NCBI GenBank assembly: GCA_913040915.1
Contig: CAJWHW010000021.1
Location: 1 to 39,140, forward strand
Length of the DNA: 39,140 nt
Reading direction: 5' to 3'
DNA from: an uncultured Fidelibacterota bacterium
Lineage (GTDB): Bacteria > Fidelibacterota > Marinisomatia > Marinisomatales > UBA1611
The notes beneath the pieces were generated by a model. The model did not search any database. It was given only the letters and a program-made list of their open reading frames with translations, and was not told the origin of the DNA. The position numbers were made by a program, and so were the translations under genes. Below are positions 9,768 to 18,276 of the stretch, piece after piece. Numbering within the stretch: position 1 is the stretch's first letter; every line of letters begins with the position of its first letter.

Positions 9768-11233
9768 GAGTAAAGATCCTATTAAATACGCTAGGAGCAC
9801 TTTTATCAATTTTAGGTATCACTATGGTGATACCTATTTTTATTTCTTTGAGTTATGGTGAATCTGATTTAAATGGTTTCATTATTTCATCTATTTCCTG
9901 CCTAGTATTAGGACTTCCATTATGGTTATTAACGCGCTATAATCAGACAATTACGAATCGTGATGGGTTTGCTATTGTAACTTTTTCATGGATAGTGGCC
10001 GCCATTGCAGGATCAATACCTTTTTATTTTTCTGGTACTATTCCAAATATTACAGATGCGTTTTTTGAATCTATGTCCGGTGTGACAACAACTGGTGCCA
10101 CAATAATTGGTAACCCTGAGACATTACCTCATTTGCCAAATGGCATTGAGAGTTTACCTCATGGAATATTATTTTGGCGTTCATTTCTTCAATGGATTGG
10201 TGGAATGGGAATTGTTGTTTTCTATATTGCTATTCTTCCTTTATTAGGTATTGGAGGAGTACAATTATTTAAAGCGGAAGTTCCTGGGCCGGTTGCTGAT
10301 AAAATTAAACCGCGTGTTCGTGAAACTGCCAAGTTTCTTTGGATTATTTATGTCGGAATTACATTAGCAGAAGTAATAGCTCTTAGAATAGCAGGAATGA
10401 GTATTTTTGATTCAGTTTGTCATGCTTTTACAACAATGCCAACCGGAGGTTTTTCAACAAAAAATGCTAGTATTGCATATTATGATAATTCTACGATTCA
10501 TTATATAATCATATTTTTCATGTTTTTAGCAGGAATAAATTTTTCTTTACATTTTCGTGTTCTTAATGGTGATATAAAAGCATTCTTAAAGGATGCCGAA
10601 TTTCTAGTTTATGTCATGATTATAGCTTGTGTTACTTTTATTGTTTTTCTATCATTGACAAGTCAAATAAATGTTATAAAGAATTCAAATTTTAGAGAAT
10701 CTTTATTTGGTGTGATTGCTATTCTAACTGGTACTGGTTATGTGCTAGGGGATTATGAGATTTGGCCCGTATTTGTTCAAATTTTATTGCTTACATTGAT
10801 GTTTATTGGTGGAATGGGAGGATCAACTACCGGTGGTATGAAAGTTATACGTGTAATGTTATTGGTTAAATATGCAGCTCTTGAAACTAGAAGGATGCTG
10901 CATTCAAGAGCTCTAATCCCCATTAGAATTGGAAAACAGCTCATAAAAGAAGATGTAGTACGTAATACATTAGGATTTTTCCTTTTTTTCATGTCAGCTT
11001 TTATTATATCAACAATTTTACTTTCCACTATGGGATTAGATTTTGAATCATCAATTGGTGCAGCAGCCAGTGCAATGGGAAATATAGGACCTGCACTTGG
11101 TGAATTTGGACCAACAGATAATTATTCCACACTATCGGATCCAGGAAAATGGGTTTTAACATTTTGCATGTTATTAGGCAGATTAGAAATTTTTACAGTT
11201 ATGGTATTATTTAGTCGAACATTTTGGAAATAA
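9764..11233 (+). CDS. trkH: Trk potassium uptake membrane subunit
   Basis: FESMSGVTTTGA, QWIGGMG, TGGFS, GGSTTGGMK, GNIGP, MLLGRLE. Confidence 0.96.
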   Translation: MRVKILLNTLGALLSILGITMVIPIFISLSYGESDLNGFIISSISCLVLGLPLWLLTRYNQTITNRDGFAIVTFSWIVAAIAGSIPFYFSGTIPNITDAFFESMSGVTTTGATIIGNPETLPHLPNGIESLPHGILFWRSFLQWIGGMGIVVFYIAILPLLGIGGVQLFKAEVPGPVADKIKPRVRETAKFLWIIYVGITLAEVIALRIAGMSIFDSVCHAFTTMPTGGFSTKNASIAYYDNSTIHYIIIFFMFLAGINFSLHFRVLNGDIKAFLKDAEFLVYVMIIACVTFIVFLSLTSQINVIKNSNFRESLFGVIAILTGTGYVLGDYEIWPVFVQILLLTLMFIGGMGGSTTGGMKVIRVMLLVKYAALETRRMLHSRALIPIRIGKQLIKEDVVRNTLGFFLFFMSAFIISTILLSTMGLDFESSIGAAASAMGNIGPALGEFGPTDNYSTLSDPGKWVLTFCMLLGRLEIFTVMVLFSRTFWK

Positions 11234-11242
11234 AGAAATTTT

Positions 11243-12013
11243 ATGTTTATAATAAAGGAAGTGAAAGATCAAATAGGATTATTAACTATTGATAGGCAGG
11301 ATGCACTTAATGCGATGAATCCTGATGTCTTACTTGAATTAGATCAGTCTATCAAAAGTATGATTGCAGATAAGCAAGTAGGTGTTATTATCCTAACAGG
11401 AGCGGGTGGTAAAGCCTTTATTGCCGGTGCAGATATTAAAGCTATGCAGCGATTAGATAATAAAGGTGCGTTAGATTTTGGGAAATTAGGGCAAGAAGTC
11501 ACTATGACCATTGAAGATTCACCAAAGCCCATTATTGCTGCTGTGAATGGATTTGCTTTAGGAGGTGGCTCAGAAATTGCCATGGCTTGCCATATTCGAT
11601 TTGCAAGTGAGAATGCAATGTTTGCTCAACCGGAGGTTAAACTAGGTTTAATACCCGGTTGGGGTGGAACACAGCGTCTTCCAAGAATCGTTGGTAAAGG
11701 GAATGCTACTGAACTTATAATTGGTGGTCATATGATCAACGCAAAAGAAGCCTTTCGAATTGGTCTTGCAAATAAGGTTTTTCCATCTGATCAATTAATG
11801 GCTGAAGTAATAAAATTTGCCAAAATTATATTAGTAAATGGTCCAAATGCTATTGCCGAATCTCTTCATTGTATTAATGAATCTGCAGGAAATTCACTTA
11901 TTGAAGGATTAAACCTTGAAGTAAAAGCATTCAGTGATCTTTTCGGTACGGAAGAAACAGTAGAAGGCCTAAATGCATACGTTGAAAAAAGATCACCAAA
12001 TTTTCGCACCTAA
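11243..12013 (+). CDS. enoyl-CoA hydratase (crotonase family)
   Basis: AFIAGADI, ALGGGSE, QPEVKLGLIPGWGGTQRL; both catalytic Glu present. Confidence 0.92.
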   Translation: MFIIKEVKDQIGLLTIDRQDALNAMNPDVLLELDQSIKSMIADKQVGVIILTGAGGKAFIAGADIKAMQRLDNKGALDFGKLGQEVTMTIEDSPKPIIAAVNGFALGGGSEIAMACHIRFASENAMFAQPEVKLGLIPGWGGTQRLPRIVGKGNATELIIGGHMINAKEAFRIGLANKVFPSDQLMAEVIKFAKIILVNGPNAIAESLHCINESAGNSLIEGLNLEVKAFSDLFGTEETVEGLNAYVEKRSPNFRT

Positions 12014-13051
12014 ATGCCAAGGTATGCAATTCTTGCCATCGAGGCTTTTGACTATATTTTAAATAAAACTGGGAATGCATTGATTCGATATTACCCTGAT
12101 GATGTAATAGGTGTAATAGACCCTGAACAGGCAGGGAAAACAGCAGAACAGGTACTTGGTTGGGGAGGAGATATCCCGTGTGTCTCTACATTCAATGAAT
12201 TATTAGAATATTCACCAACTACTTTGGTGATTGGGAGTGCCCCTCAAGGCGGAAAAATAAATAAAGCCCATATTAAGGAAATTAAAGATGCAATCTTAGG
12301 AAGTTGTGATATTGTGAGTGGCATGCATGTATTGCTCAATAATGATCCTGAAATATCTGAATTAGCTTTAAAAAACAAAGTAAAGATTACTGATCTCAGG
12401 TACCCACAAAATCCTCCAAATTTTCCAATGGGTTCATGGAAAAAACGAAAATTTCCAGTCTTATTAGTCGTTGGTTCCGATTGCGATACTGGAAAAATGA
12501 CAACAGCATGGGAGTTGTCGGAAGCATTAATAAAAAGGAATAGAAAAATAGAATTTGTAGCAACTGGACAAACTGGAATATTATTATCTGGAAATGGCGT
12601 ACCAATTGATGCGGTTATCTCTGATTTTATGGCAGGGGAAATTGAACGATGTTTGGATCAATTACCAGATGAAACGGAATTAGCTATTGTAGAGGGTCAA
12701 GGTTCATTAAATAATCATCTTTATTCTGGAGTGACTTTAGGATTACTGCATGGCACTATGCCAGATTACCTTGTTTTCACTCATGAACCAGGGAGAAAAT
12801 TGGATGTTGCGGATCATCCTATTCCTGACTTGGACTATCTTATGAAAATGCATATTGATTTAATGAAGCCGTTTAAATCAGCTATTTTTATTGGTATGAA
12901 TTTTTTAACACTTAAACTGCATGATGATTTGGCAATGGAAACTTGTATTTCTGCACAAAATAGATATGGCATTCCCGTAACAGACTTGATTCGCTTTGGC
13001 GGGAAAGATTTGATTGATAATATTGAAAACACTTTGGATGAATGGAAATAA
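12014..13051 (+). CDS. DUF1611 family protein (DgcN-like, putative D-glutamate N-acetyltransferase)
   Basis: IVSGMH, GSDCDTGKMTT, ATGQTG, VEGQGS, LGLLHG motifs; overlaps the downstream epimerase gene. Confidence 0.85.
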   Translation: MPRYAILAIEAFDYILNKTGNALIRYYPDDVIGVIDPEQAGKTAEQVLGWGGDIPCVSTFNELLEYSPTTLVIGSAPQGGKINKAHIKEIKDAILGSCDIVSGMHVLLNNDPEISELALKNKVKITDLRYPQNPPNFPMGSWKKRKFPVLLVVGSDCDTGKMTTAWELSEALIKRNRKIEFVATGQTGILLSGNGVPIDAVISDFMAGEIERCLDQLPDETELAIVEGQGSLNNHLYSGVTLGLLHGTMPDYLVFTHEPGRKLDVADHPIPDLDYLMKMHIDLMKPFKSAIFIGMNFLTLKLHDDLAMETCISAQNRYGIPVTDLIRFGGKDLIDNIENTLDEWK

Positions 13052-14082
13052 AATTCGCTAAATATAGAATTCATCTTAATCATACATTTGGTATTGCAAG
13101 AAGTGCTAATGACTGGTATGATATTATCTTTATTTATATTGTGGAAGGACGAATTATTGGACGAGGAGAAGCTGCCCCTTCTTTAAGATATAATGAGACC
13201 ACCGATAGAATTATATCATTGTTAAACCAAAAAGTAAAACTACCTGAAGATTGTTCTGACAGAAAAAAAATCTGGAATCACATATTACCACAATTAAATG
13301 GGATTAAAGCATTGGAGGCCGCTTTTTCAATGGCGCTATGGGATTGGTGGGGGCAAAAATGTAATCAACCAGTTTATAAATTATTAGGAATGGAGCAATC
13401 ATCTCTTCTATCAACCAGTTTTACCATTGCAATTGGAGATTTGAAAGAGATTGAACAAAAAGTAAATGAAGCATCACCATATCATATTTTGAAAGTCAAA
13501 TTAGGTACACCGAAAATGGATAAGGAGATTATGAAGGAAATTCGGTATCATACGGATAAATTGGTTCGAGTCGATGCTAATGAAGGCTGGCATCCTGATT
13601 TCGCCCTAGAGATGTGTAAATGGCTTGCAGATCGTAATGTAGAATTTGTAGAGCAACCATTCCCTGCAGATCAATTGCGCAAAACAGCTGAATTAAAGGA
13701 AAAATCACCAATGCCGCTTTATGCCGATGAAAACAGTATAAACTCATTGGATATACCAAAAATTGCCCATGCATTCAATGGAATTAATATTAAGCTTATG
13801 AAATGCGGATCTTTAGACGAAGGAAAACGTATGATTAATAGGGCCCGATTTCATGATTTGAAAATTATGTTAGGCTGTATGGTGGAATCTTCAGTTGGAA
13901 TCACAGCAGCTGCCCAACTTGGTAGTGGTGTAGATGTTGTAGATTTAGATGGAAATTTGCTTATAAATAACGATCCTTATGATGGAGTTTTAGTGGAAAA
14001 TGGGAGATTAAAAGTTGGAATTAGAGATGGATTAGGATTAGAGTTAATAAAAGATATCGAAAAGGGTTTGGAGTTATTATGA
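13042..14082 (+). CDS. enolase-superfamily dipeptide epimerase (L-Ala-D/L-Glu epimerase / DgcA-like)
   Basis: GRGEA, KVKLG, DANEGW, EQP, ADE, NIKLMKCG, GCMVES, DLDG. Confidence 0.9.
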   Translation: MEIKFAKYRIHLNHTFGIARSANDWYDIIFIYIVEGRIIGRGEAAPSLRYNETTDRIISLLNQKVKLPEDCSDRKKIWNHILPQLNGIKALEAAFSMALWDWWGQKCNQPVYKLLGMEQSSLLSTSFTIAIGDLKEIEQKVNEASPYHILKVKLGTPKMDKEIMKEIRYHTDKLVRVDANEGWHPDFALEMCKWLADRNVEFVEQPFPADQLRKTAELKEKSPMPLYADENSINSLDIPKIAHAFNGINIKLMKCGSLDEGKRMINRARFHDLKIMLGCMVESSVGITAAAQLGSGVDVVDLDGNLLINNDPYDGVLVENGRLKVGIRDGLGLELIKDIEKGLELL

Positions 14083-14495
14083 AAATATTAGGAATAGAGC
14101 ATTTAGGCATTGCGGTAGAGGACCTAGTAAATGATGCGCCATTTTGGAAACATATTTTGCAATTAAAACACCTATCGACTGAAGTGGTAAAAGATCAAAG
14201 TGTGACTACAGATATTTATGAAGCGGGACAAGGAAAAATTGAATTATTAGAGGCAACAAATAATGAATCTCCCATTGCCAAATTCATCGAAAAACGAGCT
14301 CCAGGTATTCATCATGTATGTTTTGAAGTAGATAATATAATTACTGCAATAAAAGAACTTAAAGAAAAGAATATAAATGTTTTATCCGATAATCCATCAA
14401 TAGGCGCAGAAGGATATAAGGTTATTTTTATTCACCCAAAATCTACAGGAGGTGTTTTGGTGGAGTTGGCTGAAAAAGCCAAGCCCAGTTTGTAA
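14079..14495 (+). CDS. mce: methylmalonyl-CoA epimerase
   Basis: EHLGIAV, IELLE, SPIAKF, GIHHVCFEV, FIHPKSTGGVLVEL. Confidence 0.93.
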   Translation: MKILGIEHLGIAVEDLVNDAPFWKHILQLKHLSTEVVKDQSVTTDIYEAGQGKIELLEATNNESPIAKFIEKRAPGIHHVCFEVDNIITAIKELKEKNINVLSDNPSIGAEGYKVIFIHPKSTGGVLVELAEKAKPSL

Positions 14496-14522
14496 AGTTC
14501 GTACTAAATAATTAGGAATTGT

Positions 14523-15920
14523 TTATTGGCCTCTAAACTTAAATAATCCTTTATTCTTTTTAGCTTTTGATTTGTTTCGTTTTTTACTCTTCTTTATAGC
14601 TGTTTCTTCCATTGGATTTTGAGTTACCATATTTACTATGAGATCTTTAATAATTCTTCCATTTTCGTAAGATGTTTTACGAAGTTCTATCCCATTTTTA
14701 TCATAAAATATCCATAGTCCATTTCTTTTTCCATTCTTTAAAAGACCTCTTTCACGAACGTTACCATTGGGGTGATATCGAATTGTGAGTTCATGACCCG
14801 GTGGAGTCATACGTGCCACAATCTCTCTTCGCTGTGTAATTTTAGAAGTATCGACTTGCAGGTATGTTTGCCTATATAAATCACGTACAGTGTCCTTTAC
14901 TATTGCTGTATCAAAAGATAAGATTTTCAATGTGTCAAAAACTACTGACCTATATTGTAACTCTGGGCCAATAAACTCACCGCCTGTTTTTGGTCGATCC
15001 AATATTTTTTTGACCACATTAGTGGAATAAATTTTTTGAAGTTTTTTATACTCATCACTAGCCTTTGACCAGTCGCCATTAGCTTCGTAAACAGCTTTAT
15101 TTATCCATTCTTGAGCAGTACGATCACCTGTGTCACGAGCTCGGACAGCATCTTCCAATGTATTCCACCTTGGATATTTTGACCGTTGTGTTTCTGAAAT
15201 ATCGGGAGGTAGTCCGGTAGAATGAGTATGTATAGTTATAGTATCATTATTATATATGTATAAAGTATCATAAACTACGGTAGAATCAAATGCAAAGAGC
15301 CATAGTGAGTCACGAAAAATTGTAGTATCATACGCAAAGACCCAACTTGTATCATAAATAAATGTAGAATCATAGGCATAAGCCCAAACAGTATCATGTA
15401 CTACAGTCGTATCATAATTATAAATAAATGTAGTATCAAAGACTACAGTTGTATCATAATTAGTTTGGACTATTGTTGTAGTGTCATAGTTATTAATATA
15501 TATGCTATCAATTACAACTACTGTATCATAAACAGTGGTCGTAGCATTTGTATATACAAATGAAGTATCATAGACTGTTACAGAATCATAAATTGTCGTA
15601 TAGACAAATACTGTATCTGTAGGGCGATTCATTGTGAGAATATACAGTTCATCAAGCCTTGATTTCATTGCATCTAACTCTTCATTATATTTTAATTCGA
15701 TTCTCTCAAGTCTTGCCTTCTCTTGTACTTGCTCTAATGCACCCTCGAATTTTTTATTGTCTCGATTAAAAAGAGGTTTTGGTGCTTCTATAATCGATCC
15801 AGTTTGAGTACGATAAACTTTGCGTTTATTATTTTTAGACTCCGTTTGTGCAACGAGTGTAACAAAAAGTGCTACTATAATGACTATCAGTGATTTTCGC
15901 ATAATATTTGATAAAATCAT
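14523..15920 (-). CDS. secreted protein with periodic D(S/T) repeats and C-terminal MORN-variant repeats (start may be 15902)
   Basis: 465-aa ORF; signal peptide ending LVA-Q; short coiled coil; 17 D(S/T) units at aa 102-227; YHPNGNVRERG...NGKRNGLWIFYDKNG; Lys-rich tail. Confidence 0.85.
   Translation of the reverse strand: MILSNIMRKSLIVIIVALFVTLVAQTESKNNKRKVYRTQTGSIIEAPKPLFNRDNKKFEGALEQVQEKARLERIELKYNEELDAMKSRLDELYILTMNRPTDTVFVYTTIYDSVTVYDTSFVYTNATTTVYDTVVVIDSIYINNYDTTTIVQTNYDTTVVFDTTFIYNYDTTVVHDTVWAYAYDSTFIYDTSWVFAYDTTIFRDSLWLFAFDSTVVYDTLYIYNNDTITIHTHSTGLPPDISETQRSKYPRWNTLEDAVRARDTGDRTAQEWINKAVYEANGDWSKASDEYKKLQKIYSTNVVKKILDRPKTGGEFIGPELQYRSVVFDTLKILSFDTAIVKDTVRDLYRQTYLQVDTSKITQRREIVARMTPPGHELTIRYHPNGNVRERGLLKNGKRNGLWIFYDKNGIELRKTSYENGRIIKDLIVNMVTQNPMEETAIKKSKKRNKSKAKKNKGLFKFRGQ
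15231..15620 (-). repeat. degenerate coding repeat (x-D-[ST]-hydrophobic), 14-aa / 42-nt super-period
   Basis: Asp at aa 156,162,170,176,184,190,198,204,212,218,226 (strict 6/8 alternation); recurring GTATCATA/GAATCATA words on the + strand. Confidence 0.9.
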
Positions 15921-16156
15921 GTTTTCCCTTAATTAAGCTTTTGGATTACCTAGCAAGAATGATTTTCAAGCCTCTGAGAATAATCATCTCAGCTTATATA
16001 AATCAATCAATATTTTGATCTATATTTTTAAAGTCCTAACTTAAAATTTACACAAAAAATAATAGAAATCGAGAACAGATTATCTTTATCAATCAAGTTT
16101 TGGTAAAGTATACTGTAAATTTAATTTTAACTTTTTAACTCTTTATTATTATAAAT

Positions 16157-18004
16157 ATGGTATCGAAGAATAGTATGAATGAAGTTGTCCGGGAAAAACT
16201 TAAACACCTTCCTACGGATCCAGGTGTTTATGAATTCTATAATAAAGATCAAAAAATCATTTATATTGGCAAAGCAAAAAATCTACGAAATCGAATTCGG
16301 TCTTATTTTCATAGTAAAAAACATCAACGTGCGAAAACAATATCATTGGTTAGAAACATAAATGATATTCAATGGATTGTCGTTCGAAATGAAGTAGAAG
16401 CACTCATGACAGAAGCGAACATGATAAAAACTCATCGTCCAAGGTATAATATTGATTTAAAAGATGATAGAACCTATCCATTTATTAGGATTACAAAAGA
16501 ACCTTATCCACAAGTTTTAATTACTAGAAAAATTATTAGAGATGGTTCAAAATATTATGGACCCTTTACCGATGTTACAGGATTAAGAATAACTCTCAAA
16601 GCATTATATAAGGTTTTTCCAATCAGAAGTTGTAGTTTTTATTTAGATGATAAGGTTGTGCATGAAAAGCGAGTTAAATTATGTTTGGACTATCACATAA
16701 AAAAATGTGAAGGTCCTTGTGAAGGATTAGTTTCCCTTGACCATTATAATCATATGGTAGATCGAGTCGAATCTTTTATGAGAGGGAAAACAAAAGAAAC
16801 TGAATTATATATTACTCAGCTAATGGAAGATGCTTCAAGTAAACAGCAATATGAAGAAGCAGTTATTTATAGAGATCAATTAGATGCAATTCGGTCATTT
16901 CGCGAAAAACAAAGTCAGGTAGCTACTGATTTTGAAGAACGTGATGTTATTGCATTGGCACGAGAAGATAATATAGGTGTTGCTGTAATAATTCGAATCC
17001 GTAATGGACGAATTTTCAGTCGAGAAAAATTATCTCTGCAAGGACTTAGTGACAAGGACGGGAAAACAATTCAGACTGTTATTACTCGGTTTTATTTAGA
17101 TAGTGACTTTATTCCCAAGGAAATTTCTTTACAAACAAAACCGGATAATATATCTGAACTAAAATCCTGGTTAAAAGAGAAACGTAATGGAGTGGTCTCT
17201 TTTCTCTATCCACAAAAGGGTGAAAAAGCAAAAGAATTGAGGATCACAATGCAAAATGCAAAATTGCTATTGGGTGAATGGATCATTAATAGACGGAAAC
17301 GAAAAGAACAAATCCCAAAAATTCTGGGACAACTACAGCGAGACTTACTTTTGGATGTACCTCCAAAACGGATAGAAGCTTTTGATATTTCCCATTTAGG
17401 TGGAACTAATACAGTTGCATCTATGGTATGTTTTATTGATGCAAAATCAAGGAAAACAGAATATAGGAAATACAATATAAAAAATGTTTCAGGTATTGAT
17501 GATTACACAGCTATGAGAGAAGTTGTATTTCGTCGCTATAAACGCCTAAAAGAAGAAGAGAAACCATTCCCAGATTTGATCCTAATTGATGGTGGAAAAG
17601 GGCAGATAAGCATGGCCCTATCAGCTTTGAGAGAATTAGGATTAGATTACATACCAGTAATAGGATTGGCGAAAAAATTAGAAGAAGTATTCGTTCCAGG
17701 TAACCCAGAAGCTCAATCCATTCATAAGCAAAGTCCAGGTCTCATATTATTGCAAAGAATTCGGGATGAAGCTCATCGGTTTGCCATCACTTTTCAGAGG
17801 AATAAAAGAAATAGAGATTTGGTGATGTCTATTTTTGCTGATATTCCAGGTATGGGTAAAAAACGACTAAGCAAACTTCTACAACAATTTGATGGACCAA
17901 GGGCTATTGCAAAACTTACTCCCAAGGTTATTAATCGCAAAACCGGAATTCCAATTAAGATTGGACAAGAAGTTGTAAAAGTTGCCAAAATGTTAAAGAA
18001 GTAA
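16157..18004 (+). CDS. uvrC: excinuclease ABC subunit C
   Basis: GIY-YIG (PGVY...YIGKAKNLRNR), 4-Cys cluster, UVR domain, FDISH, LIDGGKGQ, RDEAHRFA, HhH. Confidence 0.98.
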   Translation: MVSKNSMNEVVREKLKHLPTDPGVYEFYNKDQKIIYIGKAKNLRNRIRSYFHSKKHQRAKTISLVRNINDIQWIVVRNEVEALMTEANMIKTHRPRYNIDLKDDRTYPFIRITKEPYPQVLITRKIIRDGSKYYGPFTDVTGLRITLKALYKVFPIRSCSFYLDDKVVHEKRVKLCLDYHIKKCEGPCEGLVSLDHYNHMVDRVESFMRGKTKETELYITQLMEDASSKQQYEEAVIYRDQLDAIRSFREKQSQVATDFEERDVIALAREDNIGVAVIIRIRNGRIFSREKLSLQGLSDKDGKTIQTVITRFYLDSDFIPKEISLQTKPDNISELKSWLKEKRNGVVSFLYPQKGEKAKELRITMQNAKLLLGEWIINRRKRKEQIPKILGQLQRDLLLDVPPKRIEAFDISHLGGTNTVASMVCFIDAKSRKTEYRKYNIKNVSGIDDYTAMREVVFRRYKRLKEEEKPFPDLILIDGGKGQISMALSALRELGLDYIPVIGLAKKLEEVFVPGNPEAQSIHKQSPGLILLQRIRDEAHRFAITFQRNKRNRDLVMSIFADIPGMGKKRLSKLLQQFDGPRAIAKLTPKVINRKTGIPIKIGQEVVKVAKMLKK

Positions 18005-18238
18005 TTTTAACTACTTTTTCTATTTTTGATTCATTGTAAAGTAAAAAAATCCTTCACAGTAAAACATTAGCATTGGGCGAATAGTTTTCTTTACGATAAA
18101 AATAAGTCTGACTAAAAGGCTTCAAATAATGGATTTAAGTTTTAGTTGCCCTATTACAGTCTAAAGAAATCAGAAATGGCTTAATTTTCTTTCAAGAGAC
18201 TAATAATAGTTAATTTTTTATAACCGTAAGAGTCTGAC

Positions 18239-18269
18239 ATTGACCATCGTCAATAAAAGTCCGTAATTT
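18239..18269 (+). promoter_or_regulatory. putative uvrB promoter with palindrome over the -35 element
   Basis: TTGACC(18240-45), 18 bp, TAATTT(18264-69); perfect inverted repeat ATTGAC-CATC-GTCAAT at 18239-18254. Confidence 0.55.
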
Positions 18270-18276
18270 AGACATT

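Noticed and set aside
14646..14786. YwqK-type antitoxin of a toxin-antitoxin system
   Set aside because: MORN-variant repeats are generic and no toxin gene is adjacent
15231..15620. CRISPR array, VNTR or DGR-like repeat
   Set aside because: Repeats are short, degenerate and in frame with codon-level variation; no spacers, cas or reverse transcriptase genes
15921..16020. TPP riboswitch (CTGAGA word)
   Set aside because: The other conserved TPP elements are missing and the downstream gene is unrelated to thiamine
18005..18240. sRNA or small ORF in the uvrC-uvrB spacer (19-aa minus-strand ORF; AGTCTGAC twice)
   Set aside because: No stable structure, RBS or recognisable motif; consistent with chance in AT-rich DNA
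15921..18276. Sigma-54 -24/-12 promoter in the larger intergenic regions
   Set aside because: No TGGC-N8-TGC (GG-N10-GC) with correct spacing found by eye
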